Notes under the pieces: generated by a model
The model's input: the letters and a program-made list of their open reading frames with translations, nothing else
The model's database searches: none
Told to the model about the DNA's origin: nothing
Made by a program: the position numbers and the translations under genes
NCBI GenBank assembly: GCA_002269645.1
Contig: NIVC01001579.1
Span: forward strand, 58,318 to 122,317
DNA length: 64,000 nucleotides
Reading direction: 5' to 3'
Source of the DNA: Macrostomum lignano
Taxonomy: Eukaryota
Shown: in pieces, positions 1 to 11,569 of the stretch
Numbering within the stretch: the first letter of the stretch is position 1
Layout of the letters: each line of letters opens with the position of its first letter

Positions 1-1277
1 CTTTGTTTTACTGAAAACCGCTTATCAAAAAAAGCACTCGTTTTGATGCAATTCAAATTTCTGTCGGTCACTTAATTTTCCCGTGTTGTCACAGTTTCCA
101 AAGCATGGTGAATTTGTTTGTTTTTCAAATTACCGTAGCTTCACTATTTGACATTGTAGGAACCTCCAAGTAGTCTCAAATTAAAGCTTAAATCTCTCTC
201 TTCAGGACATATATTTCCGTTTTTCTTAACTCTCTTGGTTTTCTAGTTTTTTATCATATGAAGTTGGTATCATTTAGCTCTTTTTAGCAGATTTTGCTCG
301 GCACGCACAGGTCACGTGACCCTCACCAGAATGCCTACTAACAGACTTTTTTGAAGAAAATCATAAATTAATTGATTTTTAACATATTAACTAGATTGAC
401 TAGTCACAATTCACAAAGTCAAGCTAGTCCTAACCTTAATTAAAATAGAAGGACCTAAATTGATAGTTATAGCAGGCCTAGCTTAAAATACGCCTAATAA
501 GCATACATATAAATAGATAGGACTAATAATAGGTAGGACTAAGAGGAAATTATGAACTTCTAAAGGTCTATTTAAGTTAAAAAAATGAGTAGCCAATCTA
601 TGGACATGGCCATGGGATTTCTAGAAATTGGAGGCCTAGGCCTAAATAAATTTATCATGGATTTTACCAAAAGTATTAGGCCTATCTATGATAAAATACT
701 GATTTATCTAATTTCTAATCTCATGGAGGCTATGGCCTGATAAGTTATTGCCTATAGGCTAGGTCTACTAAAATTTTTAAGGTGCTTAAATAGCCATAAA
801 CAAGGCAATTTATCTTTCAAGGCCTTGAACCAAAACATTGACGAATATAAAATAAAATTAATTTAATTTTAAAAAGCACGAAGCGTTTTTTATTGTTCAC
901 TTCTATTTTGTCTATTTTAACAAACAGTGTCTTATTTGCCGATTATAATTTAGCTTTAAGATATTAATTTTAACTTAAAAACATATAAATGTAATAATTA
1001 ATTATAGTAATTTCCTAAAAATGTCTGAATATGGTGTATCACAGTTTTTTATCGAAGTGGATTCCATGTTGAATCAATATACGCTTATTTCTCATGAATT
1101 CCTTGTAAAATCCACATCAACATTAGGACAGTAAAAATAAAAAAATAATGCATAAAAAATACTTTGCATACCATTATGTCATCTTTAAGTTAATAATTTG
1201 CAAAAAATAAAGAAACATTTAAATTCCACATGGCCACGTGGAACCCACGTGGAATCCATGAATCATTTTTCACTGGG
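1..1277. mobile_element. Right end of a probable EnSpm/CACTA-type DNA transposon extending out of the window
   Basis: AT-rich tract ends in TTTTTCACTGGG (reverse complement CCCAGTGAAAAA) at 1277. It is preceded by subterminal palindromic motifs (CCACGTGG, GGAATCC/GGATTCC, ATCCATG) like those of the complete element at 31209-37938. The other end is not visible. Confidence 0.45.
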
Positions 1278-1679
1278 CAACGACTGCGGCAATCTCTCAG
1301 CTGTCAGCTGCGGGATTTTAAATTCTGCAGCCAATTTAGTCCCGAATTATTAGGGATAATTGTTTCCACTCACAGCACCTGCCTCAGCACCAGATGGCAT
1401 TAATCGTGCTGAAATTGGGCGCAACTTTTTTTCTGATGGACCGGCAAATAAAAAACTAAGCCGGCTGTTTACAGTCCTACATTTTTCGAACGAGCAATCA
1501 TGCAATTGCATGGCCCCAGGAGTTACCGGCGAGTTACCTGTAATTTCCTGCGTGAATAAATGGCCAAGCTTTCGTCTCTGAGTGGATGATTCGAAATGAG
1601 TTACGAACAGATGAGAACGAAAAATTACATTTAGTGACTTAGCAATGAGCTTGGGAAAGAGGTGTAGCTTATTTTATTG

Positions 1680-2177
1680 AGCACCAGAGGCGCCAGCACC
1701 AGAGGCGCCAGCACCAGAGGCGCCAGCACCAGAGGCGCCAGCACCAGAGGCGCCAGCACCAGAGGCGCCAGCACCAGAGGCGCCAGCACCAGAGGCGCCA
1801 GCACCAGAGGCGCCAGCACCAGAGGCGCCAGCACCAGAGGCGCCAGCACCAGAGGCGCCAGCACCAGAGGCGCCAGCACCAGAGGCGCCAGCACCAGAGG
1901 CGCCAGCACCAGAGGCGCCAGCACCAGAGGCGCCAGCACCAGAGGCGCCAGCACCAGAGGCGCCAGCACCAGAGGCGCCAGCACCAGAGGCGCCAGCACC
2001 AGAGGCGCCAGCACCAGAGGCGCCAGCACCAGAGGCGCCAGCACCAGAGGCGCCAGCACCAGAGGCGCCAGCACCAGAGGCGCCAGCACCAGAGGCGCCA
2101 GCACCAGAGGCGCCAGCACCAGAGGCGCCAGCACCAGAGGCGCCAGCACCAGAGGCGCCAGCACCAGAGGCGCCAGC
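1680..2177. repeat. 15-bp minisatellite (GCACCAGAGGCGCCA), about 33 identical copies
   Basis: Directly visible perfect period of 15; explains the ASTRG, GASGA and LAPLV ORFs. Confidence 0.97.
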
Positions 2178-2714
2178 GATAGCCCCAGCAGAGCGGCCGT
2201 GTCCCACATCCCGGACAACCTTTAATTTTACGGATGGTAGAAATACAATTTCCTAACCATCCTTCTACCCTTTGTGGCGATGCGTGGAGAGTAATAGCTG
2301 GACATCAAAGCCAGCCTATGCCTACAAGCGCCTGCTATAGCTGGAGCCATTCATGCGAGCCAAGATCATTGAGCAGTGTAGAGTTGCCGGTCAAGCGACT
2401 TTCGCGGAAACTGGACCGCCGAACTCGGGATAGTTAGCTAATTAATATAATGCTAGCACCCAGTGGGAGTTACCATGCTTCATCTCATTTAGAAAGTTAC
2501 TAATGCGATCGCACGTTCGACTGAATGACAATATCGGTAATGATAGGCAGATCACAGTTTGGCCAAGGTGTGCCGTGCTCTACTAGCTGAGCCTCGTGCA
2601 CACTACTTCAAAAAGAGAAACAACGCATCAAATTACTTCACCATTCGATGAAATCAGCTGCGCTGTATCAGTGGGAGGCTGCAGGAAGATGTTTTACAGT
2701 AGAAGTTTAGTTTT

Positions 2715-2795
<81 letters not shown>
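2715..2795. repeat. (TTAG)n microsatellite, about 20 copies
   Basis: Directly visible. Confidence 0.95.
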
Positions 2796-2842
2796 CAGCG
2801 CACAATCACACAGGGTGTACAGCGGCCCTGACTTTCCCTAGT

Positions 2843-3360
2843 GTGCACCACAGAATATATACGGCAGAGAAGAATCCGGACCTTCACCTGAAGGAATCGT
2901 TAAACATCTTGACATTCTCGAATGTTGCCGACTGGGAACTTGCCATGCAGACTTTTTGTTCCATCAGTCTCGAACGAGCTGCCGCAAATGGGATTTCTGA
3001 AAAGACATTATCTCGGCACTCGTCCCTGTTTTCGCCACGGGGCCGGGGGATTAAGGAGCTTAAGGGGTGGGCGGGCTACGCCACGTTGAAGCTCGACGGC
3101 TCAAAGATGAAAGCGACTCAAAGGAAGGCGGACATGGCAAAGGAGAGGAGAAGATCAAAGACGTCTCTGCTGAACCCCCCCTCCGAGCGCAGCCCGCTGG
3201 CCAAAGGCTCCGCTGTTTTCCTTTGATGCCTGCCTGCATAGTTAATTATGGTCGCGAGCCGCCTTTGTGCCTCACTGGCAGCAGCGGCACACAGAGGGGC
3301 TTCCTTTGCCGGCTGGGGTCCCCGGCGTCTGTGCCAGGCACGGCATCGACTGCATGACGA
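2843..3360 (+). mobile_element. Possible degenerate DIRS/Ngaro-type gag-like fragment
   Basis: ORF text DWELAMQTF...IKELKGWAGY followed in another frame by a Cys-rich segment (CIVNYG...LCLT...FLC) loosely resembles DIRS ORF1. No RT or recombinase seen. Confidence 0.25.
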
Positions 3361-4239
3361 ATTGGAAAAGGTGATCAGGGTGGAGCCGTCTCCTGACCGA
3401 ACCAGCCGAACCCAGTTCTGTCGTCTCTACTCTTCATCGAGTTCCAGTTGAAGAGCAGAAGCAGCTGAAGCTGAACAATTCTTTCTCTTAGTCGAAAATT
3501 TGAAAGTTCAACAAACAAGCTGGACGAAAACCCTGATACAATATCGCCATGAAGGCGGCATTATTTTGCAAGAATTTTAGGCTGCAAAATGGAAATATTC
3601 TCGGCGCGCCTGCAGCAGCCAATGGGAAGCGGGTTCCCCACTCGCCCCCACCCCGACGTCCGCCCGTAAGGTTGCTGTTGCCAATGGCGAATTACAGACT
3701 GACTGAAGGGAGACCCCTGAGCAGCAGGTCTCTTCCGCCGGTGCGGAGCGGGGTGGGCGGCCCGCAGGGACTCCGGCTTTGATGCTAAAAAAGATAATTT
3801 CAACCCTCCCTCCTTCCTCAAAACGGCCGAATCCCCGAAATCCCCTTTCATTCCGAGGCGAATGCAACCCTGCACCGTCTCTGTGCGCGACTTTTATCTT
3901 TTTGAATCGTTTGAAGGGACAAAGGCGCGTTTCATTTTCTAGCCCTGGCCTTCTGTAACCAAAGTCAATAGGACGTAGCATACAGGATAAAATAAAAGGA
4001 TCGCCCTCCCCTCTCAGCGCCGTCCAACCCTCCGCCAGATCAAACGGCGGTAATCAAATTTCACAAAAGCGGGAATTAGAAGCAGAAAGAATCAGAAGAA
4101 AAAGAAGACGCTCTAGAGACAGAAGAGCACACAGGAGAGACGGAAAGTTGACAAAAGAAGCAGACGACAGAGAGAAAGACAGAGGGGCAAAAGGGCAAAA
4201 GCGAGTGAATAAAAGCAAAAAGCGGCGCAAAGCAAGGCA

Positions 4240-6145
4240 ATGTCCGGCTACGAGCATCAAGTGCAGGACTCGCACGGTGAGAGCGATGCGGCAGCCTCTG
4301 TGTATTCAGTCTGGTCCCTCTTTGAAAGCGCTGCTCCTTTTGTCCCCCCCTCCCCACGAACGTCAAACCCCCCCCCCCCCCCCTATTTATGCATGTCTAT
4401 AGGCCTTGACTCCCTTCAGGCTCTGCATTTTTTGCTGATAAATAGCAGACAAATTTCACCAGAGGCTCCTCTGCAGTCCGCCAATCCCACGCGCTTGCAG
4501 GCTACGGCCGGCCCGTCTACAACAGCCTGCAGCACTGCAGCTCAGCGTCCGCGGCAGCCGCTGCGGAATCTCTGCTGGCTCCGCAACCGCCGCCGCCGCC
4601 GCCTTCATCGCTGCCGCCGAGTGCCGCAGCAGCTGCCGCATTCTACGGCAGCAGCCCGGTGGACTTTGGCAGCTGCTGGGCCGCCGGTGGCAACGGCGGC
4701 GGCAGCGGCGGCGGCATGGTGGACCACTCGGCTGCGGCGGCGGCGGCAGCTGCGGCAGCTGCTGCTGCGTACTCGGCCAGCAGCAGCGTTGGCAGCGGCA
4801 GCAGATTCGGGATGGTCAGCGGTGGCAGCAATGGCGCAGTCGGATACGGAAGCTTTCATCACCATGCGATGTACACAACGCCGCCGCCGCCGCAGCAGCA
4901 GCAGCAGCAGCAGATGCCGCGAGCTATGCAGCATCATCAATACCACACCGGCCTTCCTGTCCAGCATCAGCTGGGCGGCAGCTGCGACGCCTACGAAGCC
5001 GCCATAGGCGGTGCAGCCTCTTCGTCTGCAATGGGCAGCAGAGGCGGTCAATCCGGAGGCCTCGCCGGCGTCAGCAAGATACCAAGCGGCAGCGGCGGTG
5101 CCAGCGGCAACAGCGGCGGCATCAAGAAGGTGCCGCACGTCAAGAAGCCACTGAACGCATTCATGCTGTTCATGAAGGAGATGCGAGCCAAGGTGGTGGC
5201 TGAGTGCACTCTCAAGGAGTCGGCGGCTATCAACCAGATTCTGGGACGGAAGGTGAGGGCTGTGCCAGCAATTGCAGCAGACTGAATGACATGCATTGCG
5301 CAAAATTAATAGCAGTTGAGCAAGACGGGGGTCTGAATACGCTCATACTTACTAAACAGGTGTCTAAACACTCACTAAACAGGTGTCTAAACACTCACTA
5401 AACAGGTGTATAAACACTCACTAAACAGGTGTCTAAACACTCACTAAACAGGTGTATAAACACTCACTAAACAGGTGTCTAAACACTCACTAAACAGGTG
5501 TATAAACACTCACTAGACAGGTGTCTAAACACTTACTAAAGAGGTGTATAAACACTCACTAAACAGGTGTCTAAACACTCACTAAACAGGTGTCTAAACA
5601 CTCACTAAACAGGTGTATAAACACTCACTAAACAGGTGTCTAAACACTCACTAAACAGGTGTATAAACACTCACTAAACAGGTGTATAAACACTCACTAA
5701 ACAGGTGTATAAACACTCACTAAACAGGTGTCTAAACACTCACTAAACAGGTGTCTAAACACTTACTAAAGAGGTGTATAAACACTCACTAAACAGGTGT
5801 CTAAACACTTACTAAAGAGGTGTATAAACACTCACTAAACAGGTGTCTAAACACTCACTAAACAGGTGACTAAACAATCACTATGCAGTTGCCTGAATAA
5901 ATGCCAAAAGACAGGCATATACTCTAATTCCTCCCCAACAACCCGCAGTGGCACGCTCTGTCCAGAGACGAGCAGGCCAGATACTACGAGCTGGCCCGCA
6001 AAGAGAAGGAGCTTCACATGCGGATGCACCCCGGCTGGAGCGCCAGAGACAACTACGCGGCCCAGTTGGCTGCCAAGAAGAAGGCGACAAAAAAGAGGCG
6101 GCCGACTTCGGGGGAGCTGCTTTTGCAGCAGCAACAGCAACAGCG

Positions 6146-6207
<62 letters not shown>

Positions 6208-7336
6208 GGCTCCAGCATGACTCAGAGACGGTGCGGAAGGCAATGATCGGCAATTCCATTGACACCGCAGCCGCTGTGGCCAGCTTTGCTGACATGGCCG
6301 GGTACGCCAGCTACCTGAGTGGTCACGTGAAAACCGAATACCGAATGAGCGGGTGAGCGAACCAAACTACAGTAGGCAGATTGCAGATTCTCTACCAAAC
6401 TACAGTAGGCGGATTGCAGATTCTCTACCAAACTACAGTAGGCAGATTGCAGATTCTCTACCAAACTACAGTAGGCGGATTGCAGATTCTCTACCAAACT
6501 ACAGTAGGCGGATTGCAGATTCTCTACCAAACTACAGTAGGCAGATTGCAGATTGACTACCAAACTACAGTAGGCAGATTGCAGATTCTCTACCAAACTA
6601 CAGTAGGCAGATTGCAGATTGACTACCAAACTACAGTAGGCAGATTGCAGATTCTCTACCAAACTACAGTAGGCAGATTGCAGATTGACTACCAAACTAC
6701 AGTAGGCGGATGGCAGATTCTCTACCAAACTACAGTAGGCAGATTGCAGATTCTCTACCAAACTACAGTAGGCAGATTGCAGATTCTCTACCAAACTACA
6801 GTAGGCAGATTGCAGATTCTCTACCAAACTACAGTAGGCAGATTGCAGATTCTCTAACAAACTACAGTAGACATTAGTCATTGGTTATAGCCGTCAGACT
6901 CACGACTTCGATTTCGATCGGTCGGGGTTCGATTCTATCCCACTGGAATAATTTGTGTCCTTGAGCAACGCGCTAAACTCTGCATTGCTACAGTTCACCC
7001 AGCTGTAAAATGGGTGCCAGCATTAGCTGGGGTAATTGAGGGTGTGTGGCGACCCCCCAGTCCATGGACTGAGCAGCCGAACTCTGCCTTCAGATGCGCC
7101 GCGCAATAGCTGCGGCTGAGCTGTCGCTGCACATCTGGCCCAATTGGGGCAGGTGCAATCAGTTATTAATTATTGTTATTACAGTAGACAGATTTCAGCT
7201 TCTCCAACAAACTACATTTATGGCTTCTCTAACATTCAGAATGAATACTTCAGTCAACTCGCCTTTTTACAGGAGTGACGACGTGTCAGGTCGCTCATCT
7301 CAATTCGAAACGTATTCGGGAATCACGCAGCCGCAA

Positions 7337-7381
<45 letters not shown>

Positions 7382-7417
7382 CAAGAGGAAGCTGAAACCT
7401 TCACCGAGCTGGCTTAA
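4240..7417 (+). CDS. TCF: TCF/LEF (pangolin) family HMG-box transcription factor, about 445 aa. Exons 4240-4276, 4501-5252, 5949-6352, 7273-7417
   Basis: HMG box [40 protein letters not shown]|[36 protein letters not shown], split by a phase-0 GT-AG intron at the typical TCF position, then a basic tail KKKATKKRR. All junctions are in phase (1338 nt total). First and last exons are less certain. Confidence 0.9.
5348..5875. repeat. 23-bp intronic minisatellite (ACTAAACAGGTGT[C/A]TAAACACTC), about 23 copies, TCF intron 2
   Basis: Directly visible period of 23. Confidence 0.95.
6361..6870. repeat. 33-bp intronic minisatellite (ACCAAACTACAGTAGGCAGATTGCAGATTCTCT), about 15 copies, TCF intron 3
   Basis: Directly visible; starts 8 nt after the donor site. 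Confidence 0.95.
6873..7110 (+). mobile_element. tRNA-derived SINE copy
   Basis: A-box-like TAGTCATTGGTTATAGC and B-box-like GGTTCGATTC, followed by SINE-body-like motifs TGTGTCCTTGAGCAA and CAGTTCACCCAGCTGTAAAATGGG. Confidence 0.6.
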
Positions 7418-7666
7418 GAGCTCACTGAACACGTTCGAACTGAGAGACATTCACTGCAATGATTTATGACCCATACCCGAAGAACAAATGCCTATGTGTA
7501 TAATAGCTACAGAGCTTTGGCCCTGTCACAAAATACCACCAACCCGTGTGCTGTGCTGTTGTCTCTTTCTGATTTTGTCGATCAGCACAAAATCCTGACG
7601 CTGTTGTCAGTCAAGAAGAGAATTTCAAACCAGATTTTTAATGGAATTCTTCATTTGACTGACTTT

Positions 7667-9661
7667 ATGGCCGAGTGCAGTTCTGCAAGAGTGGCTGCTG
7701 CTGCAGTGAATGGGGATTCCCCACTTGATTGGCTTTGTTGTCTATGGCCGAGTGCAGTTCTGCAAGAGTGGCTGCTGCTGCAGTGAATGGGGATTCCCCA
7801 CTTGATTGGCTTTGTTGTCTATGGCCGAGTGCAGTTCTGCAACAGTGGCTGCTGCTGCAGTGAATGGGGATTCCCCACTTGATTGGCTTTATTGTCTATG
7901 GCCGAGTGCAGTTCTGCAACAGTGGCTGCTGCTGCAGTGAATGGGGATTCCCCACTTGATTGGCTTTATTGTCTATGGCCGAGTGCAGTTCTGCAACAGT
8001 GGCTGCTGCTGCAGTGAATGGGGATTCCCCACTTGATTGGCTTTATTGTCTATGGCCGAGTGCAGTTCTGCAACAGTAGCTGCTGCTGCAGTGAATGGGG
8101 ATTCCCCACTTGATTGGCTTTATTGTCTATGGCCGAGTGCAGTTCTGCAAGAGTGGCTGCTGCTGCAGTGAATGGGGATTCCCCACTTGATTGGCTTTAT
8201 TGTCTTTGGCCGAGTGCAGTTCTGCAAGAGTGGCTGCTGCTGCAGTGAATGGGGATTCCCCACTTGATTGGCTTTATTGTCTATGGCCGAGTGCAGTTCT
8301 GCAAGAGTGGCTGCTGCTGCAGTGAATGGGGATTCCCCACTTGATTGGCTTTATTGTCTATGGCCGAGTGCAGTTCTGCAAGAGTGGCTGCTGCTGCAGT
8401 GAATGGGGATTCCCCACTTGATTGGCTTTATTGTCTATGGCCGAGTGCAGTTCTGCAAGAGTGGCTGCTGCTGCAGTGAATGGGGATTCCCCACTTGATT
8501 GGCTTTATTGTCTATGGCCGAGTGCAGTTCTGCAACAGTGGCTGCTGCTGCAGTGAATGGGGATTCCCCACTTGATTGGCTTTATTGTCTATGGCCGAGT
8601 GCAGTTCTGCAAGAGTGGCTGCTGCTGCAGTGAATGGGGATTCCCCACTTGATTGGCTTTATTGTCTATGGCCGAGTGCAGTTCTGCAACAGTGGCTGCT
8701 GCTGCAGTGAATGGGGATTCCCCACTTGATTGGCTTTATTGTCTATGGCCGAGTGCAGTTCTGCAACAGTGGCTGCTGCTGCAGTGAATGGGGATTCCCC
8801 ACTTGATTGGCTTTATTGTCTATGGCCGAGTGCAGTTCTGCAAGAGTGGCTGCTGCTGCAGTGAATGGGGATTCCCCACTTGATTGGCTTTATTGTCTTT
8901 GGCCGAGTGCAGTTCTGCAAGAGTGGCTGCTGCTGCAGTGAATGGGGATTCCCCACTTGATTGGCTTTATTGTCTATGGCCGAGTGCAGTTCTGCAAGAG
9001 TGGCTGCTGCTGCAGTGAATGGGGATTCCCCACTTGATTGGCTTTATTGTCTATGGCCGAGTGCAGTTCTGCAAGAGTGGCTGCTGCTGCAGTGAATGGG
9101 GATTCCCCACTTGATTGGCTTTATTGTCTATGGCCGAGTGCAGTTCTGCAAGAGTGGCTGCTGCTGCAGTGAATGGGGATTCCCCACTTGATTGGCTTTA
9201 TTGTCTATGGCCGAGTGCAGTTCTGCAAGAGTGGCTGCTGCTGCAGTGAATGGGGATTCCCCACTTGATTGGCTTTATTGTCTATGGCCGAGTGCAGTTC
9301 TGCAAGAGTGGCTGCTGCTGCAGTGAATGGGGATTCCCCACTTGATTGGCTTTATTGTCTATGGCCGAGTGCAGTTCTGCAACAGTGGCTGCTGCTGCAG
9401 TGAATGGGGATTCCCCACTTGATTGGCTTTATTGTCTATGGCCGAGTGCAGTTCTGCAACAGTGGCTGCTGCTGCAGTGAATGGGGATTCCCCACTTGAT
9501 TGGCTTTATTGTCTATGGCCGAGTGCAGTTCTGCAACAGTGGCTGCTGCTGCAGTGAATGGGGATTCCCCACTTGATTGGCTTTATTGTCTATGGCCGAG
9601 TGCAGTTCTGCAACAGTGGCTGCTGCTGCAGTGAATGGGGATTCCCCACTTGATTGGCTTT
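7667..9661. repeat. 77-bp tandem array, about 26 copies
   Basis: Unit ATGGCCGAGTGCAGTTCTGCAA[G/C]AGTGGCTGCTGCTGCAGTGAATGGGGATTCCCCACTTGATTGGCTTTATTGTCT; first two starts at 7667 and 7744. Confidence 0.96.
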
Positions 9662-10011
9662 AATTATCAACCTGGCCGACAGAAACAACAATACTACTAT
9701 TCCTAGTAATATTCTCGACACGAAATTTCCCTATATAGTTTGCACAAAGCTCGCACAAAAGCATGGATGTTGTTACTCGCTGTTAATCTTTATGTATTAA
9801 TGATAACAATAAAAACAATGATAATCTCTAATACTCTCCCACAATACTACTTCCACGAAGTAGTTTATCGAAAAAATGAGTAAATATAACTGACAAATAA
9901 AAAAACTTCAGGAATGATTTTTCTAGCAATTTATGCTAGATAAAGTTACTCTCAGAATGTTCCTGCATAGCACAAAAAGATCACACTGAGGGATATTGTG
10001 GAGAGGACAAC

Positions 10012-11356
10012 AGCTGAGGGATATTGGGGATGAGGCAGCAGCTCACACTGAGGGATATTGGGGATGAGGCAGCAGCTCACACTGAGGGATATTGGGATGA
10101 GGCAGCAGCTCACACTGAGGGATACTGGGGATGAGGCAGCAGCTCACACTGAGGGATATTGGGGATGAGGCAGCAGCTCACACTGAGGGATATTGGGGAT
10201 GAGGCAGCAGCTCACACTGAGGGATACTGGGGATGAGGCAGCAGCTCACACTGAGGGATATTGGGGATGAGGCAGCAGCTCACACTGAGGGATATTGGGG
10301 ATGAGGCAGCAGCTCACACTGAGGGATATTGGGGATGAGGCAGCAGCTCACACTGAGGGATATTGGGGATGAGGCAGCAGCTCACACTGAGGGATATTGG
10401 GGATGAGGCAGCAGCTCACACTGAGGGATATTGGGGATGAGGCAGCAGCTCACACTGAGGGATATTGGGGATGAGGCAGCAGCTCACACTGAGGGATATT
10501 GGGGATGAGGCAGCAGCTCACACTGAGGGATACTGGGGATGAGGCAGCAGCTCACACTGAGGGATATTGGGGATGAGGCAGCAGCTCACACTGAGGGATA
10601 TTGGGGATGAGGCAGCAGCTCACACTGAGGGATATTGGGGATGAGGCAGCAGCTCACACTGAGGGATATTGGGGATGAGGCAGCAGCTCACACTGAGGGA
10701 TATTGGGGATGAGGCAGCAGCTCACACTGAGGGATATTGGGGATGAGGCAGCAGCTCACACTGAGGGATATTGGGGATGAGGCAGCAGCTCACACTGAGG
10801 GATATTGGGGATGAGGCAGCAGCTCACACTGAGGGATACTGGGGATGAGGCAGCAGCTCACACTGAGGGATATTGGGGATGAGGCAGCAGCTCACACTGA
10901 GGGATATTGGGGATGAGGCAGCAGCTCACACTGAGGGATACTGGGGATGAGGCAGCAGCTCACACTGAGGGATACTGGGGATGAGGCAGCAGCTCACACT
11001 GAGGGATACTGGGGATGAGGCAGCAGCTCACACTGAGGGATATTGGGGATGAGGCAGCAGCTCACACTGAGGGATATTGGGGATGAGGCAGCAGCTCACA
11101 CTGAGGGATATTGGGGATGAGGCAGCAGCTCACACTGAGGGATATTGGGGATGAGGCAGCAGCTCACACTGAGGGATATTGGGGATGAGGCAGCAGCTCA
11201 CACTGAGGGATATTGGGGATGAGGCAGCAGCTCACACTGAGGGATATTGGGGATGAGGCAGCAGCTCACACTGAGGGATACTGGGGATGAGGCAGCAGCT
11301 CACACTGAGGGATACTGGGGATGAGGCAGCAGCTCACACTGAGGGATATTGGGGAT
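10012..11356. repeat. 34-bp tandem array (GGGGATGAGGCAGCAGCTCACACTGAGGGATA[T/C]T), about 39 copies
   Basis: Directly visible period of 34. Confidence 0.96.
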
Positions 11357-11569
11357 GAAACAGAAACAGAAATTTGCAATCAAGCAGAAAAGAACCAAGA
11401 TGCTAAACAACAAAGTTTACTATCAACGAATACTTTTGTCGGCAGCAAAATGCAATTATCTTGTCCGAGAGAAACAGATGTTTTTTGAGGACTCATTTAC
11501 CGCCAATGATTGTGGCTCAAATTTATTTGACACAGACAGCCTGCTAAATGTGTGCGCTCGAAACATCAA

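Noticed and set aside
1631-2225. Elastin/silk-like ORFs (GASGA, ASTRG, LAPLV)
   Set aside because: Translations of a perfect 15-bp array, open in several frames; no signal peptide or splice context
2715-2795. (TTAG)n as an interstitial telomere
   Set aside because: Unit lacks the G-run of TTAGG or TTAGGG; ordinary tetranucleotide microsatellite
7667-11356. CRISPR-like appearance of the long arrays
   Set aside because: No unique spacers, no cas genes, eukaryotic context
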